Below, in pieces: positions 9,468 to 20,262 of a stretch of DNA of 64,000 nt. Source of the stretch: Deltaproteobacteria bacterium (GTDB taxonomy: Bacteria > Desulfobacterota > Binatia > UBA9968); contig SHYW01000007.1 in assembly GCA_009692615.1 (NCBI GenBank), forward strand, positions 245-64,244, in the 5' to 3' direction. The position numbers and the translations under genes are program-made. Under the pieces are notes generated by a model, which saw only the letters and a program-made list of their open reading frames with translations, was not told the DNA's origin and did no database searches. Numbering within the stretch: the first letter of the stretch is position 1; each line of letters begins with the position of its first letter.

Positions 9468-10151
9468 GTGCCCATGGACATCGATCAGCTCAAGCAAGAC
9501 ATCGTCACCGCCAGCCACATTCTGCATCAGCAGGGCATCGCCGCAGCCTTTGGCCACGTCAGCGCGCGCATTCCCAGCACCGACACTTATATCTTTCCAC
9601 CGCGCATGAGTCCCGCGCTGGTGCGCAGAGATAATCTTTTAACCCTCGATGTCGAAGGCAATCAGTTAAGCGGCGAAGGCCGGCCCAATACCGAGTTTTG
9701 GATTCACGCGCGGATTTACAAAGCGCGACCCGATGTTCAATCGGTCTGCCATGTTCACCCGCCGAGCTGCGTCGTGCTCGGCGCCCTCGGTGAAACCATC
9801 CGGCCCCTGCACGCCTCGGGAGCGGTGTTTAAAAATGACGTGCAAGTCTTCGATCCGATCACCTTGATCCGCACCCGCGAGCTCGGAGACGAAGTCGCCA
9901 AGACCCTCGGCAAACATGGCGCCATGTTGCTGCGCGGCCATGGCGTCAATGTCGCGGACAAAGATGTCCGGCGCGTCTGCGTCATGACGCTGTGGATGGA
10001 AGAGGCGGCCAATTATCAGCTACGCGCCATGTCGGCCGGCAAGCCGCGCTATTTTACGCCGGAAGAATTGGCCGTGATTTACGCCCAAGTTTCCGGCGAA
10101 GAAGTTTCCAACCGCGCCTGGGAATATTTTAGCAGCCGCGTCGAATCTTGA
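9468..10151 (+). CDS. Class II aldolase/adducin family protein
   Basis: FGHVSAR, EFWIHARIYKARPDV, VCHVHP and LLRGHG; start may be 9474. Confidence 0.88.
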   Translation: MPMDIDQLKQDIVTASHILHQQGIAAAFGHVSARIPSTDTYIFPPRMSPALVRRDNLLTLDVEGNQLSGEGRPNTEFWIHARIYKARPDVQSVCHVHPPSCVVLGALGETIRPLHASGAVFKNDVQVFDPITLIRTRELGDEVAKTLGKHGAMLLRGHGVNVADKDVRRVCVMTLWMEEAANYQLRAMSAGKPRYFTPEELAVIYAQVSGEEVSNRAWEYFSSRVES

Positions 10152-10220
10152 TCGCCAAAGGGTTGAGACCGGCCAGCGCATCACGATATTGTCGGTCGCA
10201 ACACTACGAGGGGAAAAACC

Positions 10221-10904
10221 ATGGTACTGAAACACATTGAGCTACGCCAAGCGGTCATCGATAGCGCCAATTTTCTGGTCCGCATCGGCGCGATCTCGAT
10301 GAGCCATCATGGCAATTTTAGCGTGCGCGTGCCCGGCACCGAGACGATTTTGCTTACCGCTTCCAGTTCATTCGATAATCTCAAACCAGAAAATCTCGCC
10401 TTGCTCGATCTCGACGGCAAACTGATCGAAGGCGAGATCAACCCGACCAACGCGGAAATCGTCCACATGCACGCCATCGTCTACAAACAGCGGCCGGAAA
10501 CCGGCGCGGTGGTGCACACCCATTCGACCTACGCCACCAGCTTCGCCATCGCCAGCCGCGCGCTCGGCTGCTCCTACGAAGCGCTGGTGCGCAACGACAT
10601 GGCGGCCGGCGTGCCGCTTGCTAAATACGGCCCGCGCGGTTCGAAGGAATCGGTCGCGAATATCGCCGACGCCTTGAGCGCCAGCAAAAACACTAAAGCG
10701 GTGCTGCTGGAAAATCACGGCGTGCTCGCCTTCGGCGCCGATCCCGCCGCCGCGGCGCGCGCCAACTTGATCGTTGAAGAAGCGGCGCAGATGGCGATCT
10801 ACGCCGAAGTCCTCGGCGGCGCCAAGATGATCCCGCCGGAAATGTTAAAAGCTACGGTCGGCCGGCGCGACGAATTCGCCCGCGCCGGCGTCAAAAAAGC
10901 ATGA
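10221..10904 (+). CDS. Class II aldolase/adducin family protein
   Basis: GNFSVR, MHAIVYKQRP, VVHTHS and LLENHGV; GAGGGG RBS. Confidence 0.88.
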   Translation: MVLKHIELRQAVIDSANFLVRIGAISMSHHGNFSVRVPGTETILLTASSSFDNLKPENLALLDLDGKLIEGEINPTNAEIVHMHAIVYKQRPETGAVVHTHSTYATSFAIASRALGCSYEALVRNDMAAGVPLAKYGPRGSKESVANIADALSASKNTKAVLLENHGVLAFGADPAAAARANLIVEEAAQMAIYAEVLGGAKMIPPEMLKATVGRRDEFARAGVKKA

Positions 10905-10984
10905 CGCAGGGGCAACCCGCCGGTCGCCCAAATCGATATCAGCAGAACATCACGATTAGGAAATTCGAAAGGAAGAAAGAAAAA

Positions 10985-11848
10985 ATGGAAATGACCGCAG
11001 GTGAAAAACGCAAAGCATTGAAGGCGATGATGCAGCAATCGGTCTGTCATCTGGCGCCCAGTTGTAACGATGGAATTCAAGCGCGCTTAGTCGAATGGCT
11101 CGGCTTCCCGCTCGTACATATCTCCGGCAGCGGCCAACACCGCTCGCTCGGCTTCGCCGACGCCGGCCTGCTGACGCTCACGGAAATGATCAACAAAGCG
11201 CGCGACATCGTCGACGCGGTGAACATCCCCGTGGTCAGCGACGCCGAGACCGGCTATGGCAACGCGGTCAACGTCTATCGCTCGGTCAGAGAATTCGACC
11301 GCGCCGGCGTCGCCGCGATTCACATCGAAGATCAGCTGACGCCCAAACGCGCCGGCCACGAAGGCTTCGATGTCGGTTTGATTTCCAGGCAGGAATTCGT
11401 CGCTAAGATCAAAGCCGCCGTCGACGCGCGGCGCGATGAGAATCTAATCATCATCGCGCGCTCGGAAGCCAAGGACTCGCTGCAAGAAAGACTCGAACGA
11501 ACTCAAGCCTGCATCGAAGCCGGCGCCGACGCTTCCTGGGTGAGCGCGCGCACGGAAGAAGAAATTTTGGCCTACGCCAAACTCGACAAGCCATTGGTCG
11601 GCGTCCCACCGCGCGGCGTCATGACCGTGCAACGCTACGGCGAACTGGGCGGCCGGGTCGGCTGCATTCCGACGGTGCTCCAAGTCGCCATGCTGCACGG
11701 CATGCGCCAGTGTTTGGAAGAGTTGAAAAAAAGCGGCACCGAAGCCGCCTATTTCAAAAACACACCAGGCATCGAAGACACTCGCAAGTGGTACGCCAAC
11801 TTGGGCAACGCCGAACTCAAAGAGCTGGAAAAGAAGTACGGCTATTAA
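10985..11848 (+). CDS. Isocitrate lyase/PEP mutase superfamily protein
   Basis: SDAETGYG, IHIEDQ..PKRAGH, IIARSEA and EAGAD; start moved from 10901 because 10906-10929 is a REP-like palindrome. Confidence 0.85.
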   Translation: MEMTAGEKRKALKAMMQQSVCHLAPSCNDGIQARLVEWLGFPLVHISGSGQHRSLGFADAGLLTLTEMINKARDIVDAVNIPVVSDAETGYGNAVNVYRSVREFDRAGVAAIHIEDQLTPKRAGHEGFDVGLISRQEFVAKIKAAVDARRDENLIIIARSEAKDSLQERLERTQACIEAGADASWVSARTEEEILAYAKLDKPLVGVPPRGVMTVQRYGELGGRVGCIPTVLQVAMLHGMRQCLEELKKSGTEAAYFKNTPGIEDTRKWYANLGNAELKELEKKYGY

Positions 11849-11908
11849 CCCGCGAGCCAAAGGCGCTCATTCGCATTGGCGAGAGATTCGAACCGAACTG
11901 GAGAGCAA

Positions 11909-12907
11909 ATGCTGAGAGCAAGAAACGTTGGGCAAATGTTTTTTGCCGCAGCGCTTTCGCTAGGCGTTGCGCAATCGGCGCTGGCCCAATTGACGAAGAT
12001 TAACGTCGGCTACAGCGCCATCAGCGGCGACGCTTTGCCGGCGTGGCTGGCCAAAGACGCCGGCATCTTCGAAAGAAACGGCCTCGACGTTCAGCCGGTG
12101 TTTTTTACCGGCGGCACCACCGCCGTCATGGCATTGGTTTCCGCCGATACACCGATCGCCCAGTTGGCTGGACCGGCGGTGGTGAATTCCGTGATGGCGG
12201 GTTCCGACGCGACGATCATCGCCGGCGGCGTGGTCTCGCTCAACTATTATTTGCAAAGCCGCCCCGATATCAAAACTCCCGAGCAGCTCAAAGGCGGTTC
12301 GGTGGCGGTCAGCCGCTTCGGCTCGTCGTCCGATTTCATCGCCCGCTATGCGCTGACGAAGATCGGTTTGACTCCCGGCAAAGATGTCACCATCGTGCAG
12401 ATCGGCAGCACCACGGCGCGGGTCGACGCCGTCATGGCCGGTCGGGTTCAAGCCACGGTAGTCAATCCACCGGCAAGTATCATCGCATCAAAACGCGGCA
12501 TGAACACGCTCGCCGACCTGCCCAAGCTCGGTCTAGTCTATCAACACACCGCGGCGGCGACCTCGAGAAAGTATATCCGTGAAAATCGCGATGTCGTCCG
12601 GCGCTATGTGAAATCGCAAATCGAAGCGGTGCATCGAATCTATACCGACAAGGAAAGCGCGATCAAAGCCTTGGGCCGATTCATCGGCCGCACGGTCGAG
12701 CGCGATGTCTTGGAAAAAACCTGGGAGAATTTAATCAGTGAAGCGGTATTGCCAAAAAAACAATATCCGTCCATCGAAGGGCTGAAAACCATTCTCGCCA
12801 GCGAGCCTAAAGCGAAGTCGCACAATCCCGAAGACTATTTCGACGCCAGCTTCGTCAAGGAATTGGATCTCAGCGGTTACACTGACAGCCTCTACAAGAA
12901 ACGCTAG
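11909..12907 (+). CDS. ABC substrate-binding protein, NMT1/SsuA-like, orphan
   Basis: Signal peptide; WLAKDAGIFERNGLDV and LKGGSVAVSRFGSSSD; GGAG RBS before 11909. Confidence 0.85.
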   Translation: MLRARNVGQMFFAAALSLGVAQSALAQLTKINVGYSAISGDALPAWLAKDAGIFERNGLDVQPVFFTGGTTAVMALVSADTPIAQLAGPAVVNSVMAGSDATIIAGGVVSLNYYLQSRPDIKTPEQLKGGSVAVSRFGSSSDFIARYALTKIGLTPGKDVTIVQIGSTTARVDAVMAGRVQATVVNPPASIIASKRGMNTLADLPKLGLVYQHTAAATSRKYIRENRDVVRRYVKSQIEAVHRIYTDKESAIKALGRFIGRTVERDVLEKTWENLISEAVLPKKQYPSIEGLKTILASEPKAKSHNPEDYFDASFVKELDLSGYTDSLYKKR

Positions 12908-12941
12908 TTAAAATTCGCGCAATGCCGGGCTAAAGCTTCGA

Positions 12942-14021
12942 ATGAAATTCGCCCACTTCTCCCATGTCTGGAACAAGCCGGGAATGACCGCGGCGCAGCG
13001 CTACGAACAATTGTGGCGCGAGCTCGGCGTCTGCGATGAGCTGGGCTTCGACTTCGGATTCTGCGTCGAGCATCACTTCAACCCGCGCGAAAGCTGGATG
13101 CCGTCGCCGTCAATCTACAGCGCCGCGGCGGCGATGCGCACCAAACAATTGCGCATTGGCACCATGGGCTATATCGCGCCGCTCTACGATCCGCTACGCA
13201 TCGCCGAAGATGCCGCGGTGTTAGATAACGTACTCAACGGCCGCTTGGAGCTTGGATTGGTATCGGGCATCGTGCCGGACTTCTTCGGACCGTACAACGC
13301 CGATTTTCAAAATCGCCGGGCCAACACCCATGAAGCGTTGGCGATCATAAAAAAAGCGCTGTCCAGCGACGGTGCCTTCAGCTTCACCGGCGAATCGCGC
13401 CAGTATCAAAACGTCACGCTCGGCGTCAAGCCGCTGCAAAAGCCCCATCCGCCGATCTGGATTCATTCCCGCGATCCCGAAACGCTAGCGTTGCTCGCCC
13501 GCGAGGGCGTTCACACCGGTTATTTATTTCTCGTGCCGCGCGCCGATGTCGCGCCGCGCTACCGTGAGTACTTGCGCTTGTGGAATGAAGCCAATCACCC
13601 GCAGAAGCCGAATATCGGTTATTGGATCTTAGTCTACGTCGACGAAACCGATGCCAAAGCCGTGGCCAAAGCGAAACCGTTGTTCGAATACTGCTTCACA
13701 AATGTTTTCGGCACGAGAGCGGAGGGCGGCGTCGGCTACCAGCGGCTAGCGGAAAATCACGCCAAGCGCGGCGATCCCGGCGGCGCCGAAATCGCGCTGC
13801 ACGCCATCGACGTCGACTATCTGCTTGAGCGCAATCTCGCCTTTGTCGGCTCGCCGAAAACGGTCATCGAACAAATCAAGCAAGCCGCCAGCGAAGGGGT
13901 TTTTAATACCGTGATGGCCGAGTTCAACATCGGCGCCATCGCCGAGGACGACCTCATGCGCTCGATTAAACTATTCGGCAAAGAAGTGCTGCCGGCGCTG
14001 CGCGGCTTCGAGCCGTACTAA
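12942..14021 (+). CDS. LLM-class flavin-dependent oxidoreductase (luciferase-like)
   Basis: VEHHF, PLRIAED.AVLD..LNGRLELG, PLQKPHPPIW and LFGKEVLPALR. Confidence 0.9.
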   Translation: MKFAHFSHVWNKPGMTAAQRYEQLWRELGVCDELGFDFGFCVEHHFNPRESWMPSPSIYSAAAAMRTKQLRIGTMGYIAPLYDPLRIAEDAAVLDNVLNGRLELGLVSGIVPDFFGPYNADFQNRRANTHEALAIIKKALSSDGAFSFTGESRQYQNVTLGVKPLQKPHPPIWIHSRDPETLALLAREGVHTGYLFLVPRADVAPRYREYLRLWNEANHPQKPNIGYWILVYVDETDAKAVAKAKPLFEYCFTNVFGTRAEGGVGYQRLAENHAKRGDPGGAEIALHAIDVDYLLERNLAFVGSPKTVIEQIKQAASEGVFNTVMAEFNIGAIAEDDLMRSIKLFGKEVLPALRGFEPY

Positions 14022-14031
14022 ATAGACTATG

Positions 14032-14114
14032 ATTCACCACGAAGGCACGAAGGACACGAAGGTTTCGGACAAAAATATTCCGAACTTCGCGATCTTCGTG
14101 CCTTCGTGGTGAAT
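14032..14114. repeat. CACGAAG-type long palindrome
   Basis: ATTCACCACGAAGGCACGAAGGACACGAAG...CTTCGCGATCTTCGTGCCTTCGTGGTGAAT. Confidence 0.85.
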
Positions 14115-14163
14115 GGTCTTTAACAACGCGCACAGTCAAAACAATCTAAAACGAGAAAGTCGC

Positions 14164-15153
14164 ATGAATGGCAGATCATTCTTATCCCGCTGGGCACCCA
14201 TGCTCATCATCGCCATCGCTTCAGCCGTCACACCGAGCCACGCGCAAGAACCCAGAGCCAAGATTCGCATCTCCAACTCAGCACTCAGCGTCACATCGTT
14301 GGCGCTATTGGCGGCGCGCGAGTGGAAACTGTTTCAGGAACGCGGTCTGGATGTCGAAATTATTCTCATGTCGCCGGCGATTACCGTGCCGGCGATGATT
14401 TCCGGCGAGATCGATTATTTTGCCGGCGTCGGACCGGGCGTGGTCAGCGCTAGTCTCGGCGGCTTGCCATTTCGCGCCGTCTGGGTTTCTTCCGATCGCG
14501 TTTCCTACTCGTTGGTCGCCCATCCGAAGTTCAAAACCTTACAGGATCTCAAAGGCAAAAAGATCGGCGTCATCGGCAGTTTGGGCGCGGCCAATCACGT
14601 CTCCTTGGTGATCGCCTTGGAAAAACTCGGCATCGCGCCGAAGGAATTCAACATCATGGCCTTACCGCCGCAAGAAATGCTCCGTTCGCTGGAAAGCGGC
14701 TTTCTCGACGCCGCCTCGCTCAATCCGCCGACGCTGTTCATGGCAACCAAGAAAAACTTTCCGATCATTCTCGACATCGGCTCCCTGGTTGAAATGCCCG
14801 GCGGCGGCCTGACAGTGCTCGCCAAAGATATCAAGAACAAATCCGATGAAGTGAAACGGGTGATCCGCGCCATGCAGGGGGCGAAAGAGATCATGCGCAA
14901 ATCGAAAGAAAAAAGCGTCGAGCTGATGACGCGGATTCTAAAAATGGATCCAGAAACCGCCGCCAGCACCCATGAAGTATTTTTGAAAACCCTGAGCCCC
15001 GACGGCGTGCCGACCCGCGCCGGCATGGAAAATCTGGTGAAATCAATCCAAGCCCAAGGCCGCTTCGTCGACAAGAAGCCGGTCTTCGCCGAGTTAGCCG
15101 ACGACCGCCTAGCGAAAGAAGTCGCAAAAGAAATGGGTTACAAAGTGCAGTAG
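14164..15153 (+). CDS. ABC substrate-binding protein, NMT1/SsuA-like, orphan
   Basis: Signal peptide; LFQERGLDVEI, SGEIDY and DLKGKKIGV; start uncertain (14113-14200). Confidence 0.83.
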   Translation: MNGRSFLSRWAPMLIIAIASAVTPSHAQEPRAKIRISNSALSVTSLALLAAREWKLFQERGLDVEIILMSPAITVPAMISGEIDYFAGVGPGVVSASLGGLPFRAVWVSSDRVSYSLVAHPKFKTLQDLKGKKIGVIGSLGAANHVSLVIALEKLGIAPKEFNIMALPPQEMLRSLESGFLDAASLNPPTLFMATKKNFPIILDIGSLVEMPGGGLTVLAKDIKNKSDEVKRVIRAMQGAKEIMRKSKEKSVELMTRILKMDPETAASTHEVFLKTLSPDGVPTRAGMENLVKSIQAQGRFVDKKPVFAELADDRLAKEVAKEMGYKVQ

Positions 15154-15160
15154 CGCGATT

Positions 15161-15268
15161 GGCGGGTTTCAAACCCGCCCCTACCAATCGTATTCTTTTT
15201 TGTGAACTTTGCGTTCTTTGCGGCCAATCACTCGGGTTCCGAATCCTGGCGCGATAAATCGCGCCCTT
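15161..15268. repeat. REP mosaic between convergent genes
   Basis: GGCGGGTTTCAAACCCGCCCCTAC + TTTGCGTTCTTTGCGGCCAA + TCCGAA + GGCGCGATAAATCGCGCCC. Confidence 0.8.
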
Positions 15269-16256
15269 ATTCTGCTTCTTCGCGATACAGTCCCAGCGCC
15301 TCCGTCGACGGCCGGTCGCTGATCGAAAACAGGATCGCGTCTTCGTTGGTCGTGTTCTCGTGCGAGTGCCACTGCCAGGACGGCACGACGAAGATATCGC
15401 TCTGGCCCCAGTGGAACTCATTGGCTGACACTTTGGTCATGCCCTTGCCGCGGAAGGAATAGTACACCGTCGTGCTGGTATGGCGGTGCGACTTGGTTTT
15501 TTCCTTGGGGCGCAAGAGTTGAATCGAACAGGAACAAGTCGGCAGCGTATGGCCGCCGTCCAAGGGATTGGTATATTCAAGAATAATTCCGTCGTAGGGA
15601 TCGCCGGCGCTGTCTTTTAGACCTTGCAGCGTCGCGTTGGTTTCCGTCCAAGGATAGCGATAGGGCGGCGCCTGAAAAGAATTCTTGATCCAGCTCGGCC
15701 GCGCGTGGGCGAACACCTTCGACGAATAACTCTCCGGTTTCTCCACCGGCTGCTGCTGGGCTTTGAAATTTTCTTGGATCATGGCGCCGAAGTGGGTCAC
15801 TAGCCGCACATCCAAACCATCGAGCCACATCACCGGTTCGGTCGACTCGTTGAAGTGATCGTGCCAGGTCCAGTTGGGCGTCGTGATAAAGTCGCCCTCG
15901 AACATCTGGAAACGCTCGCCTTCGACGATGGTGTAAGCGTTGGGCGTGCCTTTGACGATGAAGCGGATCGCCGCCGCGGTGTGGCGGTGCGCCGCGGCGA
16001 TTTCGCCGGGCTTCACCAATTGCACGGAGATATGCACCGTGTTGGTCATGCCCGTGGACAGACCTGGATTGCGCATCTGAATCGTTCTGCGCCCAGCTTC
16101 GCCCGTGGTGATCAGCTCGCCGGACCAGTTGAGCGCCTGCATGATTTCCTCGCCCTTCCATAAATGGGGCTTCACCGTCTGCGACCACTCCGAGTGTTCC
16201 CAATGGCCTTTGAGGTTTCGATCTTTCATCCACTGGCTGAGTTCTTGTAAATCCAT
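15267..16256 (-). CDS. Cupin ring-cleavage dioxygenase, gentisate 1,2-dioxygenase-like
   Basis: PGEIAAAHRHTAAAIRF, TPNWTWHDH, MWLDGLD, second cupin HRHTS and VPSWQWHSH; AGGAGG RBS. Confidence 0.85.
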   Translation of the reverse strand: MDLQELSQWMKDRNLKGHWEHSEWSQTVKPHLWKGEEIMQALNWSGELITTGEAGRRTIQMRNPGLSTGMTNTVHISVQLVKPGEIAAAHRHTAAAIRFIVKGTPNAYTIVEGERFQMFEGDFITTPNWTWHDHFNESTEPVMWLDGLDVRLVTHFGAMIQENFKAQQQPVEKPESYSSKVFAHARPSWIKNSFQAPPYRYPWTETNATLQGLKDSAGDPYDGIILEYTNPLDGGHTLPTCSCSIQLLRPKEKTKSHRHTSTTVYYSFRGKGMTKVSANEFHWGQSDIFVVPSWQWHSHENTTNEDAILFSISDRPSTEALGLYREEAE

Positions 16257-16375
16257 GTTGTCCTCCTAAGAGAAGCTGGATATGAATGTTCCTTACAAAC
16301 GACGCGCCAAGCTGTCAAGCCGTTGCCTGCGACCCTATTATCATATTATAAAAATTGCGAACCGGCTTCGCCGCC

Positions 16376-17605
16376 ATGAAATCAAATCGTATCACCGTTA
16401 CGTTCTTGCTGATCCTCGCGACGTTGTTCTTATCGGCCTGCCTGATCGACCGAATCGGCGGCGCGTTCTCAAAGCAACCGGAAGAACTTGAGCGCAGCGC
16501 ATCGCCGGCGGCGCAAAAACTCATCGACCAAGCTTTTACCGACATCGACTCGAACAAACTCGTCGACTTCCACACCCACGTCATCGCCCTCGGCACGAGC
16601 GCGCGCGACGCTTTCGTCAATGCGAAAATGCAAAGCGGCTTCACTCTCGACCGGCTGAAATTTCTCATCTACACCAGCGCGGCGGATATCAAGAATATAG
16701 ACAACGCCGATCGTGAATATATCGGCCGGCTGGCGCGCTTGGCCCGCGGCGCCAAGCGCCATGGCAAGTACCGCATCCTCGCCTTCGACAAACATTACAA
16801 CGCCGACGGCACGGTCAATCTCGCCAAGACCAACTTCTATGTGCCCAACCAATACGTCGTCGACCTCGCCCGTCAGCATAGCGATATCTTCGAGCCGGTG
16901 ATCTCGGTCCATCCGCACCGTTGGGATGCGCTAGTGGAATTGGAAAAATGGGTCAACGCCGGCGTCAAATATGTCAAATGGCTGCCCAACGCCATGGGCA
17001 TCGACCCGGCGGACAAATCGGCGGAACCGTTCTATCGCAAGATGAAAGAGTACAACATGATCCTGCTGAGCCATGCCGGCGAAGAACAAGCGGTCGAAGC
17101 CGACGCGGATCAAGAACTCGGTAATCCGCTGCGCTTGCGCAAAGCGTTGGATATGGGCGTGCGCGTGATCGTCGCCCACGCCGCCAGTCTCGGCCGTTGC
17201 GCGGATCACGACAACGGCGGCAAGCAAACACAGTGCTTCGATTTATTTCTGCGCCTGATGGACGAGCCCAAGTATGTTGGACGGGTCTTCGGCGAAATCT
17301 CGGCGATGCTGCAATTCAATCGTATGCCTGGGCCGTTCACGACCTTGCTTAAACGCCAAGACCTGCACCCGCGCTTGGTCAACGGCAGCGACTATCCACT
17401 GCCGGCGATCAACGCGCTAATCCGAACGCGGTCACTGGCCAGCGACGGTTTCATCACCAAAGCCGAACGCACAGCACTCAATGAGATCTACGACTACAAT
17501 CCGCTGCTCTTCGATTTCATCTTGAAACGCACCATCCGCCATCCGGAGACCAAACAAAAGCTAGCGCCGTCGGTGTTCATGGAAAACCCGGGACTGGAGA
17601 ATTAG
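16376..17605 (+). CDS. Amidohydrolase family lipoprotein
   Basis: Lipobox LFLSA-C; DFHTH, SVHP, KWLP, HAGEE, VAHAAS and NGSDYP. Confidence 0.8.
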   Translation: MKSNRITVTFLLILATLFLSACLIDRIGGAFSKQPEELERSASPAAQKLIDQAFTDIDSNKLVDFHTHVIALGTSARDAFVNAKMQSGFTLDRLKFLIYTSAADIKNIDNADREYIGRLARLARGAKRHGKYRILAFDKHYNADGTVNLAKTNFYVPNQYVVDLARQHSDIFEPVISVHPHRWDALVELEKWVNAGVKYVKWLPNAMGIDPADKSAEPFYRKMKEYNMILLSHAGEEQAVEADADQELGNPLRLRKALDMGVRVIVAHAASLGRCADHDNGGKQTQCFDLFLRLMDEPKYVGRVFGEISAMLQFNRMPGPFTTLLKRQDLHPRLVNGSDYPLPAINALIRTRSLASDGFITKAERTALNEIYDYNPLLFDFILKRTIRHPETKQKLAPSVFMENPGLEN

Positions 17606-17649
17606 CAAACAGGGTTCTTACTGTTGCCTATTGCCTGCTGCCTTCCTCG

Positions 17650-18879
<1,230 letters not shown>

Positions 18880-19075
18880 TCCCCGTTCTCCCTTTACGGT
18901 GAAGCACAGAATAACACCATACCTGCCACCGTCACATCTCGTGAAAACTCGCGCAGACATCACTAACATTCGGCTTTAATTCAGCGCGCGAAATCTAAGC
19001 ATCTCCGTTAAACCAACTGGGGTAGGCAGAATGTAACCAGGCCGCAGGTAAACTACTTTGAGCGCCCTGCGGACC

Positions 19076-19119
19076 ACTTGACCCATAACTTGACTTATAC
19101 TTGACTCATAACTTATCCT
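19076..19119 (+). promoter_or_regulatory. Tandem ACTTGAC direct repeats overlapping a sigma-70-like promoter of the Fic gene
   Basis: ACTTGAC at 19076, 19088 and 19099, ACTTATC at 19111; TTGACT(19090)-N18-TATCCT(19114). Confidence 0.6.
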
Positions 19120-19126
19120 GCCGGTT

Positions 19127-20131
19127 GTGAGCTACCAACCCCAATTCACCATCACACCGGGCTTGCTCGCTCGGGTTGAGCATATCGCGGCACTGCGGGA
19201 GAACATTTTGGCCACGGCGGTGCAGGTTCCGTGGATTCCGGCGCTGCAAAAGGATACACGGCTGCGCAACGCGCATAGTTCGACCGCCATCGAGGGCAAT
19301 CCGTTAACGCTGGAGCAAGTACGCGCGGTCGAGGAAGGGCGCGAACTGGCGGGTGTCACGGACCGCGCGAAGCGGGAAGTGCTCAATTATTTCGCCGGCC
19401 TACGGTTCATCGAAAAGAACCTGAAGAAATCCCGGCTGACGCACGAAGACCTGTTCAAGCTGCACAAAATCATCGCCGCCGATGTCATGGATCAGGGCAT
19501 GGCAGGATGCTACCGCACGATTGGCGTGCGCGTCGGTCGATTCGTGCCGCCGCCACCCAAAGACGTATCGGGACTGATGTTTGAACTCCTGGAGTGGTGG
19601 AACAAGGAAGCGGGCAAACACTCGTCAATCATATCTTCGGCTATTATCCATCACCGTTTTGAATCCATCCATCCATTTGCCGATGGCAACGGGCGGGTCG
19701 GACGGACACTGGGCCTGTGGGAACTGTTTCGACGCGGATTCGATACCCATCACATTTTTTCGGTGGACGAGTTTTATTGGGAAGACCGTCCGCGTTACTA
19801 CGCTGAGCTCGATGCCGCACGCCAACATGACAGCGACCTGACGAGTTGGCTAGAATATGCCGCGGAAGGACTGCACGTGACCCTGGAAAAAGTTTGGACC
19901 CGTGTGCAACGCTTATCGGCGCAGTCAGGCCGCAAGAAATTAGTGCTGCGACCGAAGCAAGAGCAATTACTGCAAATGTTGCGTGACCAAAAGAGTATGA
20001 CGCCACAGCAGATTTGGGACGGCATCGGAATGTCCAAGCAAGGCGCACTGGATTTGTTGCGCCCGTTGATAATGGCGGGCTTAGTAAAAAGAGTTGGCAC
20101 AAAAAAGTCTGGGCGTTACATCCTAAAGTGA
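19127..20131 (+). CDS. Fic family protein (AMPylase motif) with C-terminal winged HTH
   Basis: HPFADGNGRVGR Fic motif, N-terminal STAIEGN auto-inhibitory motif, C-terminal HTH-like tail (..LVKRVGTKKSGRYIL). Confidence 0.92.
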   Translation: MSYQPQFTITPGLLARVEHIAALRENILATAVQVPWIPALQKDTRLRNAHSSTAIEGNPLTLEQVRAVEEGRELAGVTDRAKREVLNYFAGLRFIEKNLKKSRLTHEDLFKLHKIIAADVMDQGMAGCYRTIGVRVGRFVPPPPKDVSGLMFELLEWWNKEAGKHSSIISSAIIHHRFESIHPFADGNGRVGRTLGLWELFRRGFDTHHIFSVDEFYWEDRPRYYAELDAARQHDSDLTSWLEYAAEGLHVTLEKVWTRVQRLSAQSGRKKLVLRPKQEQLLQMLRDQKSMTPQQIWDGIGMSKQGALDLLRPLIMAGLVKRVGTKKSGRYILK

Positions 20132-20262
20132 ACGAATCGTGATCAAGCCAAGGGAGAAACCCAATAAATCAGCGCTTTTCGTCCCCTTCCATTTCTCCTT
20201 GACGCCCACCAACTTTGCGCCTATTTTAGGCCACCTTTTACTCGTGCGTTTGAAATAGTTAG

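Noticed and set aside
18910..18928. Possible sigma-54 promoter for rtcB (TGGCAGGTATGGTGTT on the minus strand)
   Set aside because: The -12 element reads GT rather than the required GC, and no rtcR is adjacent.
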